21,640 nucleotides of DNA, from NCBI GenBank assembly GCA_019894975.1, contig JAGXNO010000048.1, positions 1 through 21,640 on the forward strand, written 5' to 3'. Below, in pieces: positions 7,921-15,576 of this stretch. This DNA is from Promethearchaeota archaeon (lineage in GTDB: Archaea > Asgardarchaeota > Lokiarchaeia > Sigyniarchaeales > SOKP01). The stretch's first letter is position 1. Each line of letters begins with the position of its first letter. Position numbers and translations under genes: made by a program. The notes beneath the pieces were generated by a model that had not been told where the DNA came from, did not search any database, and was given only the letters and a program-made list of their open reading frames with translations.

Positions 7921-8679
7921 TTAAGGTTCCTGATCATGGTCGTGCTCATGATCATGTTCTGGTTCTTGCTTTTTAAATATCTCATCCAATTTCGATTTAT
8001 CGTCATCTGACATCTTACTCATTGCTTCCATTTGTTGTCTCATCAACATTTGCATGAAATTACTTGATACAATCTGGTTAAGAACAGGTAAAGCTATTCT
8101 CATCCGAGTTAATTCATAATGCATAGTTTTCGCAGTTTCTCTCATTTGGATTAAATCTTCTTTCGACATACCTTCTTCACCTATACCAGGGCAGTCGGCA
8201 TCAACTACTATGAAGTTTTTTCCATCAAATTCGAGAGGATATGTCCTACAACTCAATGGACGGTTATCATATATTAAGCACTTCTTGTCTTCTTTATTGT
8301 ATAAAGAACATTTAACCTCTAGTAATTCTTCGATTGGCTTAGTAGCAAATGGATCTTGTTGTAGATTAGCTCCTTCTTCTTCTTTAGGTGGAGGTAAGGG
8401 TTTTAGTATTAAATCAATACTGCCATCTGGTTTTTGATAAATATCTAGGTATGGCATAAAATTAGCAACAACCCCATTTTTTGCCCACATTTCTAAATCC
8501 CAAAATGTTATCGGGATTGGTCCTCTACTTAAACAACATGAATCACAACGAGTACACTTGAAGGTAAATTTAGTTTTAACTTCTTGTTCCTTTTCGGGGG
8601 ATTCTGTCGTTTCCGATTCTTGTACATTTGATTCTTCTTTTTCTTCTGAATTTTGATTTTCTGGATTATTTTCTGACAT
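7921..8679 (-). CDS. YkgJ family cysteine-cluster (CxxCxxCC) protein
   Basis: FKCTRCDSCC, CSLY, CLIYDNRPLSCRTYP and CPGIG. The start is placed at ATG 8679 (MSENN) rather than the TTG at 8718. Acidic N-terminus and His/Asp-rich C-terminal tail. Confidence 0.9.
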   Translation of the reverse strand: MSENNPENQNSEEKEESNVQESETTESPEKEQEVKTKFTFKCTRCDSCCLSRGPIPITFWDLEMWAKNGVVANFMPYLDIYQKPDGSIDLILKPLPPPKEEEGANLQQDPFATKPIEELLEVKCSLYNKEDKKCLIYDNRPLSCRTYPLEFDGKNFIVVDADCPGIGEEGMSKEDLIQMRETAKTMHYELTRMRIALPVLNQIVSSNFMQMLMRQQMEAMSKMSDDDKSKLDEIFKKQEPEHDHEHDHDQEP

Positions 8680-8785
8680 ATTTATTCTACCAATATGATG
8701 ATTATCTAATATTTTCAATGATTACAATATTTCTTTGAAAAAAAATATTAGTTTTAGTAATTATAATAATTATTAAAATAGGATT

Positions 8786-9385
8786 TTATCCATTTCTAAA
8801 TAACTTTTGATCTTCTAATAATCTTCCAAGCTTAGCCAGAACGGGTTCAATATCTTTTTCCATTCTAATCCCTGTAAGAACTATCTTACCCGTACTAAAT
8901 ATTAGAAAAACTGCTTTTACAGGAGCAGATATTTTATATGATAATCCTGGAAAAACCTCTGGTTCGTATATCGCATTATTCAATATGATTGATGCTGAAT
9001 CTAAATTAATAATTCTAGCAAAATCTGCGGTTACTACTATATTTACAACTTGAGTATCAATAGCTCCCTTTTTTAGACTAATGCTATTAATTTCATTTAG
9101 TCTTAATATAAGTCGTTCAATTATTAAATCAACATGTGAAAAAGATTTTAATCCTGTCAATATTAGTTTTCCATTTCTAAAAATTATAATAGCACTTTTA
9201 GGGTGGTTAAATCTTGTAAAAAGCCCTGGAAAGCGATCTTTGTCATACTGAGCGTTTTTTAAATTTTCAGATAGTAATAATAAATCTAGATTTTCCTCTA
9301 TATCCAAACGTGATTTAACCACAATATTTTGAATAGTATAGGTTAAACTACTCGTGTTTCCTCTTGATTTAGGTTCAAGAACCAT
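8786..9385 (-). CDS. tbp: TATA-box binding protein (divergent)
   Basis: Two TBP repeats: IQNIVV...RFPGL...IFRNGKLILTG and VVNIVVT...YEPEVFPGL...LIFSTGKIVLTG. The start is more likely ATG 9385 than 9430. Confidence 0.92.
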   Translation of the reverse strand: MVLEPKSRGNTSSLTYTIQNIVVKSRLDIEENLDLLLLSENLKNAQYDKDRFPGLFTRFNHPKSAIIIFRNGKLILTGLKSFSHVDLIIERLILRLNEINSISLKKGAIDTQVVNIVVTADFARIINLDSASIILNNAIYEPEVFPGLSYKISAPVKAVFLIFSTGKIVLTGIRMEKDIEPVLAKLGRLLEDQKLFRNG

Positions 9386-9508
9386 TATTGGACTCCAAAA
9401 CGTAAAGTAACCACAAAACTCTAATAACATATTAAGGTAGCATACTATTTAACTATACTATTTTGCTTAAGATCTGCTTAAAATGAGATTTTAACTTCCT
9501 AAATAAAA

Positions 9509-9631
9509 ATGACTGTTGAAGAGAAACCGCCTATTTCTGATAATGTCATAATGATCGTAATTATTGTTGTGGCAATAACCAGTGTAGTATGAATTGGAAT
9601 AGCAATATCTGTTTTGCGTAAAAAGAGACGA
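9509..9631 (+). pseudogene. Transmembrane helix plus basic tail segment interrupted by an in-frame TGA
   Basis: MTVEEKPPISDNVIMIVIIVVAITSVV*IGIAISVLRKKRR with TGA at 9590-9592, in frame with 9614..10084. Confidence 0.5.
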
Positions 9632-9715
9632 GTAGTTACAGGGAAATTTGTAATTAAAGTTTATAGAGGGAAAATTTGCAGTAAATTTAAATTAGATCTT
9701 GTAATCTGCATATAC

Positions 9716-10084
9716 ATGATATTAACAGTTAATATTCCCCCTGATTGGGAGAATGATAATATAAAACAAGTTTTCAAATCAATTATTGCTGGTTATAATA
9801 TGTATGGAGAGATAACTCTTTCAGAAACCAGCCCGAACGAATTCGAAGGTGTCTGTGGAAAAAATAGAAAATCTTTAGTTCCAGTTCCGGCAAAAATGCA
9901 GTATAAAGCAATTTTCAAAATTGAAAGTGGTTCTAATGGTTCAAAATTGCTTACCGATTATGAAGAAGGAAAAAAATTAAAAATAGGAAAGCTTGGAAAG
10001 AAATTTATTAAGATTTACTTCGAGAGCTTGCAGACAGCTTTTAAAGCAGTATTGGAAAAACCTTTCTCATCATTCAAAGAATAA
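9716..10084 (+). CDS. Hypothetical protein (about 122 aa from ATG 9716)
   Basis: Open frame with protein-like composition and no recognised motif. Start uncertain (9509, 9614 or 9716). Confidence 0.65.
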   Translation: MILTVNIPPDWENDNIKQVFKSIIAGYNMYGEITLSETSPNEFEGVCGKNRKSLVPVPAKMQYKAIFKIESGSNGSKLLTDYEEGKKLKIGKLGKKFIKIYFESLQTAFKAVLEKPFSSFKE

Positions 10085-10319
10085 GCTATTTGCTATTTAA
10101 ATAGTTGATCAGGAGTAAATGGACCAGATCTAATTCTTAATTTGGATGCTTAATATTATAAATTTTTTAAAATTCTATGAGAAGTGTAGTTCTTGAGCAA
10201 TTTACCAAATAATTATAAGACATAAAAATAAATAGAAACGTCATTTTCACATTCTCGTAAATATTTTTTATAGATGCTTAATTTGTTATTTTTATATTAA
10301 AAACGATGTTTTGAATACC

Positions 10320-10583
10320 ATGGAACAAATTAGTTTAAAAAAATTATTCATATGGATTTTGTTATCTATTAATTTATTATTTGCCTATATTATTGGCTTA
10401 AGTGTTCCACAATTGGAGACAACAAGTGGCTATATCTTTGGTTTTGTGATGATCCCGTTGCTGATCATTCTTAATTATATCATATTAGATAGATTTCATT
10501 TTTATACTAAAAAAGTATATCATAAAGAGGAGAAGACATCTGCTAGGGAAGTTAAAGACGTTAACACTATTCCAGAAAATTAA
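10320..10583 (+). CDS. Small two-TM membrane protein; possible N-terminal part or partner of the archaeosortase
   Basis: Two hydrophobic helices (LFIWILLSINLLFAYIIGL; YIFGFVMIPLLIILNYIIL). It overlaps the open frame of the next gene. Confidence 0.7.
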   Translation: MEQISLKKLFIWILLSINLLFAYIIGLSVPQLETTSGYIFGFVMIPLLIILNYIILDRFHFYTKKVYHKEEKTSAREVKDVNTIPEN

Positions 10584-11430
10584 AAAACCGATAATTGAAT
10601 ATAATGAGAAAAGATACGTATTCTCTATTAGATCATTAATTTTATTTGCGATTGGAGCACCAGTTTCAGCTTATCTTATCTATCTATTTTTTGACCTTGA
10701 ATTAAATTATTGGCTTCACGAGATTGTAGTAAAACAAACTGTATACTTCTTAAATCTATTTTTTAATATGGGGGCCACTGCTGATTACGATCCAGGAGCT
10801 GTTAATCATTGGAGCTTTGAAATTCCGGGAAGATCCCCCATTTCCTTTGAAACTTTTTGTACTGGAATTCAAGCGATATGCGTATTTGCAGGAGTAATTA
10901 TTTTCACACCACACAGCCAGGATCCTGATACTAAAAGGGATATAATCTGGAGAAAAACCAAGTCTCTGATTATTTCATCTGTAATCTTTTATGTAGTCAA
11001 TATAATTAGAATGTTAATACAAATAGGATTATATGACATAGGTTATGCTTGGGAAGATATACACTTCTCAATAAGTGCCGCTAGTTCTTTCATCGCAGCA
11101 ATAATTGTCCTATTACTACACAAATGGATTCCTGAGTTTATAATCTCCATTATATATATAGGAACATTAATCAGTGAGCCAGTAAAATACAATAGAAAGG
11201 AAAGGGTTGGTGAGATTGTAAAAATCTCGAAAAAGGTTAAATTAAGTTTAATGAGAAAGATACTTAGAATGGATAAAAAAACTTTTTCTCAAGATGTCGA
11301 AACTTGGTCAAAAGATTTTGGATACACGATTGAAGATGATTTTTTAGTTATTCCAGATAAAGAAGTTTCTAATTTTATTGAATTACTCATGCAACAAAAA
11401 CCATTTGTAAAAGATACTGCTAAAACCTAA
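10540..11430 (+). CDS. Archaeosortase/exosortase family transpeptidase with a C-terminal soluble domain; true start lies upstream of the ORF-track ATG at 10768
   Basis: Catalytic triad pattern Cys (FCTG), Arg (NIIR) and His (DIH). The frame is open from 10489 and encodes an extra TM helix (SLILFAIGAPVSAYLIYLFF). The CTG start at 10540 is tentative. Confidence 0.85.
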   Translation: MLGKLKTLTLFQKIKKPIIEYNEKRYVFSIRSLILFAIGAPVSAYLIYLFFDLELNYWLHEIVVKQTVYFLNLFFNMGATADYDPGAVNHWSFEIPGRSPISFETFCTGIQAICVFAGVIIFTPHSQDPDTKRDIIWRKTKSLIISSVIFYVVNIIRMLIQIGLYDIGYAWEDIHFSISAASSFIAAIIVLLLHKWIPEFIISIIYIGTLISEPVKYNRKERVGEIVKISKKVKLSLMRKILRMDKKTFSQDVETWSKDFGYTIEDDFLVIPDKEVSNFIELLMQQKPFVKDTAKT

Positions 11431-11440
11431 GGCTGTAGAG

Positions 11441-11599
11441 ATGGATACTAGAGTTTATATTTTGGTAAAAGTTCTTACTGCTTTAGCCACACAATATCAA
11501 GAATATCCTTCCATTGAAGGGTTTAAGTGGCAAGTTGAGACTCTTCTGGATATGACTGAAGCCTATAAAGCGATTGGCATGATAACTCCGGAAATATAA
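11441..11599 (+). CDS. Small ORF (52 aa) not in the ORF track
   Basis: MDTRVYILVKVLTALATQYQEYPSIEGFKWQVETLLDMTEAYKAIGMITPEI. It starts 10 nt after the sortase stop and is followed by a T10 tract. Confidence 0.45.
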   Translation: MDTRVYILVKVLTALATQYQEYPSIEGFKWQVETLLDMTEAYKAIGMITPEI

Positions 11600-11623
11600 A
11601 CTAATAAACAAATAATCAAATCC

Positions 11624-11633
11624 TTTTTTTTTT
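11624..11633 (+). terminator. Oligo-T (T10) terminator candidate
   Basis: T10 run 24 nt after the stop at 11599. Confidence 0.45.
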
Positions 11634-11783
11634 AAGATGTAATTCATGTTAAGATTTCTAATAGATCCAAGTGATCGTTTCATTGCTAAAAAAAATAAAA
11701 ATATATTAGGAACTCTTTTTATGTATCTTTTGTAAAAAATTGTAAAATCGGTTGGAGTATTTCGTTTATTAAATGTGTTAGAC

Positions 11784-12767
11784 ATGGCTGAAGAGGATTT
11801 AAGAGAAATATTAGGAATAGCTAAAAAATCAAAATGGAATCAAATAAAGAAATTTATTAAATTTATTATTCAAAATACATTGAAGAAAGATGCAGGATAT
11901 AGCTTAACGGCTCTTGATGTTTCAGTTAATGGGAAAAAAACCCCAAAATATAACCTACTTATTAAAAACAAAGGAGAAATTAACGATATTGATAAAATAC
12001 TTGATTTTAACCACCTCTCTCTATATCAAGCCACCCATAATTCGAATAATCTTATTGAAATTTCTCAAAATAATGGCACGATTACTGTTTTAGCAAAATA
12101 TTTAGGCCCAAGTCTAAATAATTATCAAATTTTCGATTTTTCTGTTCATTTAAATGCATTAACTGAACCCTTTTTTACAATTGGTAATGGAATGAAAATA
12201 AGTTGTACTGGAATTTTAAAAATTATTAATAAAAGAGCAGAACTAATAGCAAAAACTAAAAAAGAGACAACAAAGAAAGAATCAAAGCAAGTAAAAGATA
12301 CAAAAATTCAAAATATAGAAGTGTTTGTATTTGAAAAACTGACTGATAAAAACGCTATTTGGAATGGAACTGAGACAAAAACCTTTCAAAATTGGAAAGC
12401 AAAAACTAAAAACAAATATCGGATAGAATCGGGGAATATTGCTTACTATAAAGGAAAGCCTACAAAAAAATTTTCACAATATTTAGAAAATCTTTATAAG
12501 AACATAAATAATAAAACCAAAAAGCCAAAAAAAAACCTAGATAAAAAAATAATAAGTTCAAAAAAAGATGATAAAGAAGTTTCAGAACAATTCATCTTTG
12601 AGACATTAACAGGCAAGAATGCTATATGGAATGGAACGGAGACAAAAACTTTTCAAAATTGGAAAGCAAAAACTAAAAACAAATATAAGAAAGAAATAGG
12701 AAAAAATCCATATTATAGTGGAAAATTAACTCAAACTTTTAAGAACTACCTAAAAACTCTTAATTAG
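11784..12767 (+). CDS. Lys-rich hypothetical protein with a duplicated C-terminal module
   Basis: Long ORF in which KNAIWNGTETKTFQNWKAKTKNKY occurs twice. The start is probably ATG 11784. Confidence 0.85.
   Translation: MAEEDLREILGIAKKSKWNQIKKFIKFIIQNTLKKDAGYSLTALDVSVNGKKTPKYNLLIKNKGEINDIDKILDFNHLSLYQATHNSNNLIEISQNNGTITVLAKYLGPSLNNYQIFDFSVHLNALTEPFFTIGNGMKISCTGILKIINKRAELIAKTKKETTKKESKQVKDTKIQNIEVFVFEKLTDKNAIWNGTETKTFQNWKAKTKNKYRIESGNIAYYKGKPTKKFSQYLENLYKNINNKTKKPKKNLDKKIISSKKDDKEVSEQFIFETLTGKNAIWNGTETKTFQNWKAKTKNKYKKEIGKNPYYSGKLTQTFKNYLKTLN
12348..12686 (+). repeat. Intragenic 72-bp direct repeat (12348-12419 and 12615-12686)
   Basis: 67/72 nt identical, and all five differences are synonymous third positions. 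Confidence 0.95.
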
Positions 12768-13054
12768 ATTTATATACAATAACATTTTGACTTTTTTACA
12801 TTCTAATTTAGAATAAGATTAAATATTCTATTGTGATTAATCCATTTCCTAATATTTAATTTTGAATAGTTTAATCTGCTTACTTATATGAGATAAAAAA
12901 TCACATGTTTAAAACTCATTTACTTAAGTCATGCAATCTTAATAATACATTTTTTTAGGAAATTAAGCAGATATCGAAATTTCATATCTAAAAGACATTA
13001 ATTCTATTTAGTATTTCAAATAATGATATATTAATAAAACGTATCTGATAAAAT

Positions 13055-13957
13055 ATGTTAGAATTTGAGAAAAAACAAAAAGTTGTAGAAATATGTGGTA
13101 CCCGTATAGGAGGACAGCCGGGAGAAAACCCAATTGTTATGATTGGTACAGTTTTTTACGCTAAACATGCTGCTTTATTAAATGAGAAAACTGGTGAGAT
13201 CGATAAATCTTTAATTGAAAATGAGCTTAACGAATTTACCGAAGTTATAGAAGATACAAAAATGCAGGGAATAGTAGATGTAGTTGGGGCATATCCAGAA
13301 GCATTATTAAAAGAGTGTGAACTTGTGGCAGATTTAGTTGAGTATCCATTCTTAGTTGATGGATTAAATGACTCATCACGAATTCCCGCAATGGAAGGCC
13401 TGAAGGAAGTAGGATTAATTGATCGAGCTATTCTAAATAGTATTGATGAGGCTACTAGTGAAGAGAATCTTGAAAAACTAAAAGAGATTGGAGTTAAAAA
13501 TGCGGTCTTATTGACATTTGGGAGCAAATATATTTTTCCTCATCAAAAACTAAAATTATTAGAAGAAATATTGATTCCCAAGGCTCAAAAAGCAAATATA
13601 GAAAATATTATGATTGATACTGCTGTGCTAGATTTACCATCAATTTCAATAAACTTTGAAACTGGACATTTGGTTAAAAGTCAATTAGGTTTGCCCACAG
13701 GATTTGCTCCAGCAAATGCAATTTATGGATGGAACTTTGTTAAAAAATATGGAGAATCTCCAAGATGTGGAGCTATTGCTTCTATTATGACTTATTGTGC
13801 GAGTGCACCTAGTGACTTTATATTATTTGGTCCTATTAAATTTGCTAAATGTGTTGTACCTTCAGTGTCCTTAATTTCTGGTGTTAATGCTTATTATAGA
13901 AAAAGAATTCTCCGGAAAAAAATTTCAGAGGATACTCCCTTAAATGTAATCTTTTAG
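13055..13957 (+). CDS. mtrH: MtrH-like tetrahydromethanopterin/pterin-dependent methyltransferase, stand-alone
   Basis: N-terminus FEKKQKVVEICGTRIGGQPGENP, GTVFY, RAILNSI, IMIDTAV, GLPTG and DFILFGPI. No other mtr subunits are nearby. Confidence 0.9.
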   Translation: MLEFEKKQKVVEICGTRIGGQPGENPIVMIGTVFYAKHAALLNEKTGEIDKSLIENELNEFTEVIEDTKMQGIVDVVGAYPEALLKECELVADLVEYPFLVDGLNDSSRIPAMEGLKEVGLIDRAILNSIDEATSEENLEKLKEIGVKNAVLLTFGSKYIFPHQKLKLLEEILIPKAQKANIENIMIDTAVLDLPSISINFETGHLVKSQLGLPTGFAPANAIYGWNFVKKYGESPRCGAIASIMTYCASAPSDFILFGPIKFAKCVVPSVSLISGVNAYYRKRILRKKISEDTPLNVIF

Positions 13958-13975
13958 TTTGAAAACGTTTAGATT

Positions 13976-15481
13976 TTAAGCTATATATCTTAATAGTAAA
14001 TCTTGAGTTTGATTTAGAAAATCTTGTAATTCTTCATTTATTTTTTCTTTTCTTTTTTCATTTTCAACCAAGAATAATATGAACATGTCATTATCAGCTA
14101 TTTTAATTTTTCTGAAAAGTATTACTGAGTCAGCAACTTTAAAGATGGCATCCTCTTCCTTTAATGCTTTGAATCTAGAAAATATTTTGAATAACATAGC
14201 AAATTGAGGTGCAGTTATTTCAAAAATATTTACAATTTCTTCGGAATTAGTTATTTTTGTAAGTTTTTTTGCTTTTGGTGAGTAAAAATCGGCTAAAACT
14301 AACCCATCTACGCTCAACAATAATGTTAAGTATGTATTAGTTTTTAAAGAAAAATTTCTGAGATTGTGGTTAATTAGATTCCTATTTGGACTTAACTTTG
14401 ATATTCCCGAAGAAAATGCTCTTAGAATAGTAAAAATTTGGAAAATACTTGTCACATATAATTCGCAGGATTCTTCAGGAGAGACTTCGGCTAATTTTTG
14501 TCTCACAGTTTCAATATTTTCTATAATTTCTCTTGATTTTAGAATGTCAGGATCCCCTTTTGATAAAATATAGATGATCGGGGTATTTTGATTAAATTTC
14601 TTCAATACTTTTTTCAAATCTAAAAGGTATTCAATGCTTTCTTCAAATCTGGGTTTATTTCTTATATCTATAAAGTAAAATAATAAATCCGCTTCATATA
14701 AATATATTTCAGCTTTATTAGTGTATTTCTTTCTAAAAAGTAGTTGACCACCCAAATCCCATAGAAAGATTGTCGCTCCTAATGCTACTATTGAATTGAT
14801 ACTAGCTCCTGTAGTAGGTTTTAATCCAATTAGTTTACTAAATTTTCGATCAACCGAAAGTAGAAAACTAGTTTTTCCACTATCATCAAGACCTGCAAAC
14901 AGAATTTTCATCTTTCGGTGAGAAGTAATTGGAGTTGATGGATTTCTTTCGATGTCAATCAGTTTTTTGAATAAACCATAAAACAATGATTCTATTTTCT
15001 CTTGAGGCGGATAATTATCCATTAGTTCTTTATCAAAAGATTTAAAAAAATCGATAACAATCGGTTTTATTCTATTTATGTTATTATATAAGAAACTTCT
15101 ACGATTTTCATCAACTAATATTGAGAATGCTGTAGGAATCTGAGAATCGGAAGAATTTGTATTGATGTAATGAAAGTAAGTTAAAGAAGTCACATTAAAA
15201 TCAGGATAAGGTAAGATGGCAAAGTATTGTAAATTATCAATGTTTAAATCAGGGGTAAATGCCCTATCACTAATAAACAAACTAAGGTTTTTAATTGATA
15301 TTTGTGTTACATCTCTAGTTGATAATGTGAGGAGATTTTGTTTTTCCCTCTCTTCTTTGATATTTTCTAATTCCTTTTCAGAATAATATTGCGGCCATAC
15401 GTAAATTGGACTTGGACCCAAATCTCCATAAGAGCTGAAAATTAAACCTTTGACTATCGATGTCTTAAATAGTTCTTCCAT
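13976..15481 (-). CDS. Tripartite longin/uDENN-like + Rag/Arf-like GTPase + roadblock-like protein
   Basis: N-terminal GLIFSSYGDLGPSPIYVWP...ILPYPDF aligns with the N-termini of 734..1759 and 1925..2965. G1 GLDDSGKTS, G3 WDLGGQ, G4 SKGD, G5 TSIF. C-terminal LLLSVDGLVLADF roadblock-type hairpin. Confidence 0.85.
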   Translation of the reverse strand: MEELFKTSIVKGLIFSSYGDLGPSPIYVWPQYYSEKELENIKEEREKQNLLTLSTRDVTQISIKNLSLFISDRAFTPDLNIDNLQYFAILPYPDFNVTSLTYFHYINTNSSDSQIPTAFSILVDENRRSFLYNNINRIKPIVIDFFKSFDKELMDNYPPQEKIESLFYGLFKKLIDIERNPSTPITSHRKMKILFAGLDDSGKTSFLLSVDRKFSKLIGLKPTTGASINSIVALGATIFLWDLGGQLLFRKKYTNKAEIYLYEADLLFYFIDIRNKPRFEESIEYLLDLKKVLKKFNQNTPIIYILSKGDPDILKSREIIENIETVRQKLAEVSPEESCELYVTSIFQIFTILRAFSSGISKLSPNRNLINHNLRNFSLKTNTYLTLLLSVDGLVLADFYSPKAKKLTKITNSEEIVNIFEITAPQFAMLFKIFSRFKALKEEDAIFKVADSVILFRKIKIADNDMFILFLVENEKRKEKINEELQDFLNQTQDLLLRYIA

Positions 15482-15576
15482 TTTTTTTAAGTAATTTTTG
15501 TTTTATTTTAAATTTTAAAATATCTTACAATAATTAAGCAAAATTAATTATTTATTACTTTATATTAATTTCATAG

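Noticed and set aside
191-8437. Short ORF-track entries 191..394, 1224..1439, 1962..2222, 3461..3754, 4607..4789, 5663..5896, 6344..6601, 7469..7681, 7591..7776, 8210..8437
   Set aside because: They are antisense or alternate-frame shadows inside well-supported genes and show no motifs.
9440-9482. Short direct repeats ATACTATTT x2 and TGCTTAA x2 upstream of tbp
   Set aside because: They are too short and AT-rich to distinguish from chance without comparative data.
9590-9592. TGA as selenocysteine
   Set aside because: It lies in the middle of a hydrophobic helix with no redox motif, and I could not identify a SECIS-like structure by eye.
10508-10515. TAAAAAAG as a classical -1 ribosomal frameshift site
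   Set aside because: The sortase frame is +1 relative to the upstream ORF, so a -1 slip leads to the wrong frame.
12348-12686. Direct repeat considered as a CRISPR array, att site or diversity-generating retroelement TR/VR pair
   Set aside because: There are only two copies, both in frame within one CDS. The differences are synonymous and not adenine-specific, and no cas, integrase or reverse transcriptase gene is present.
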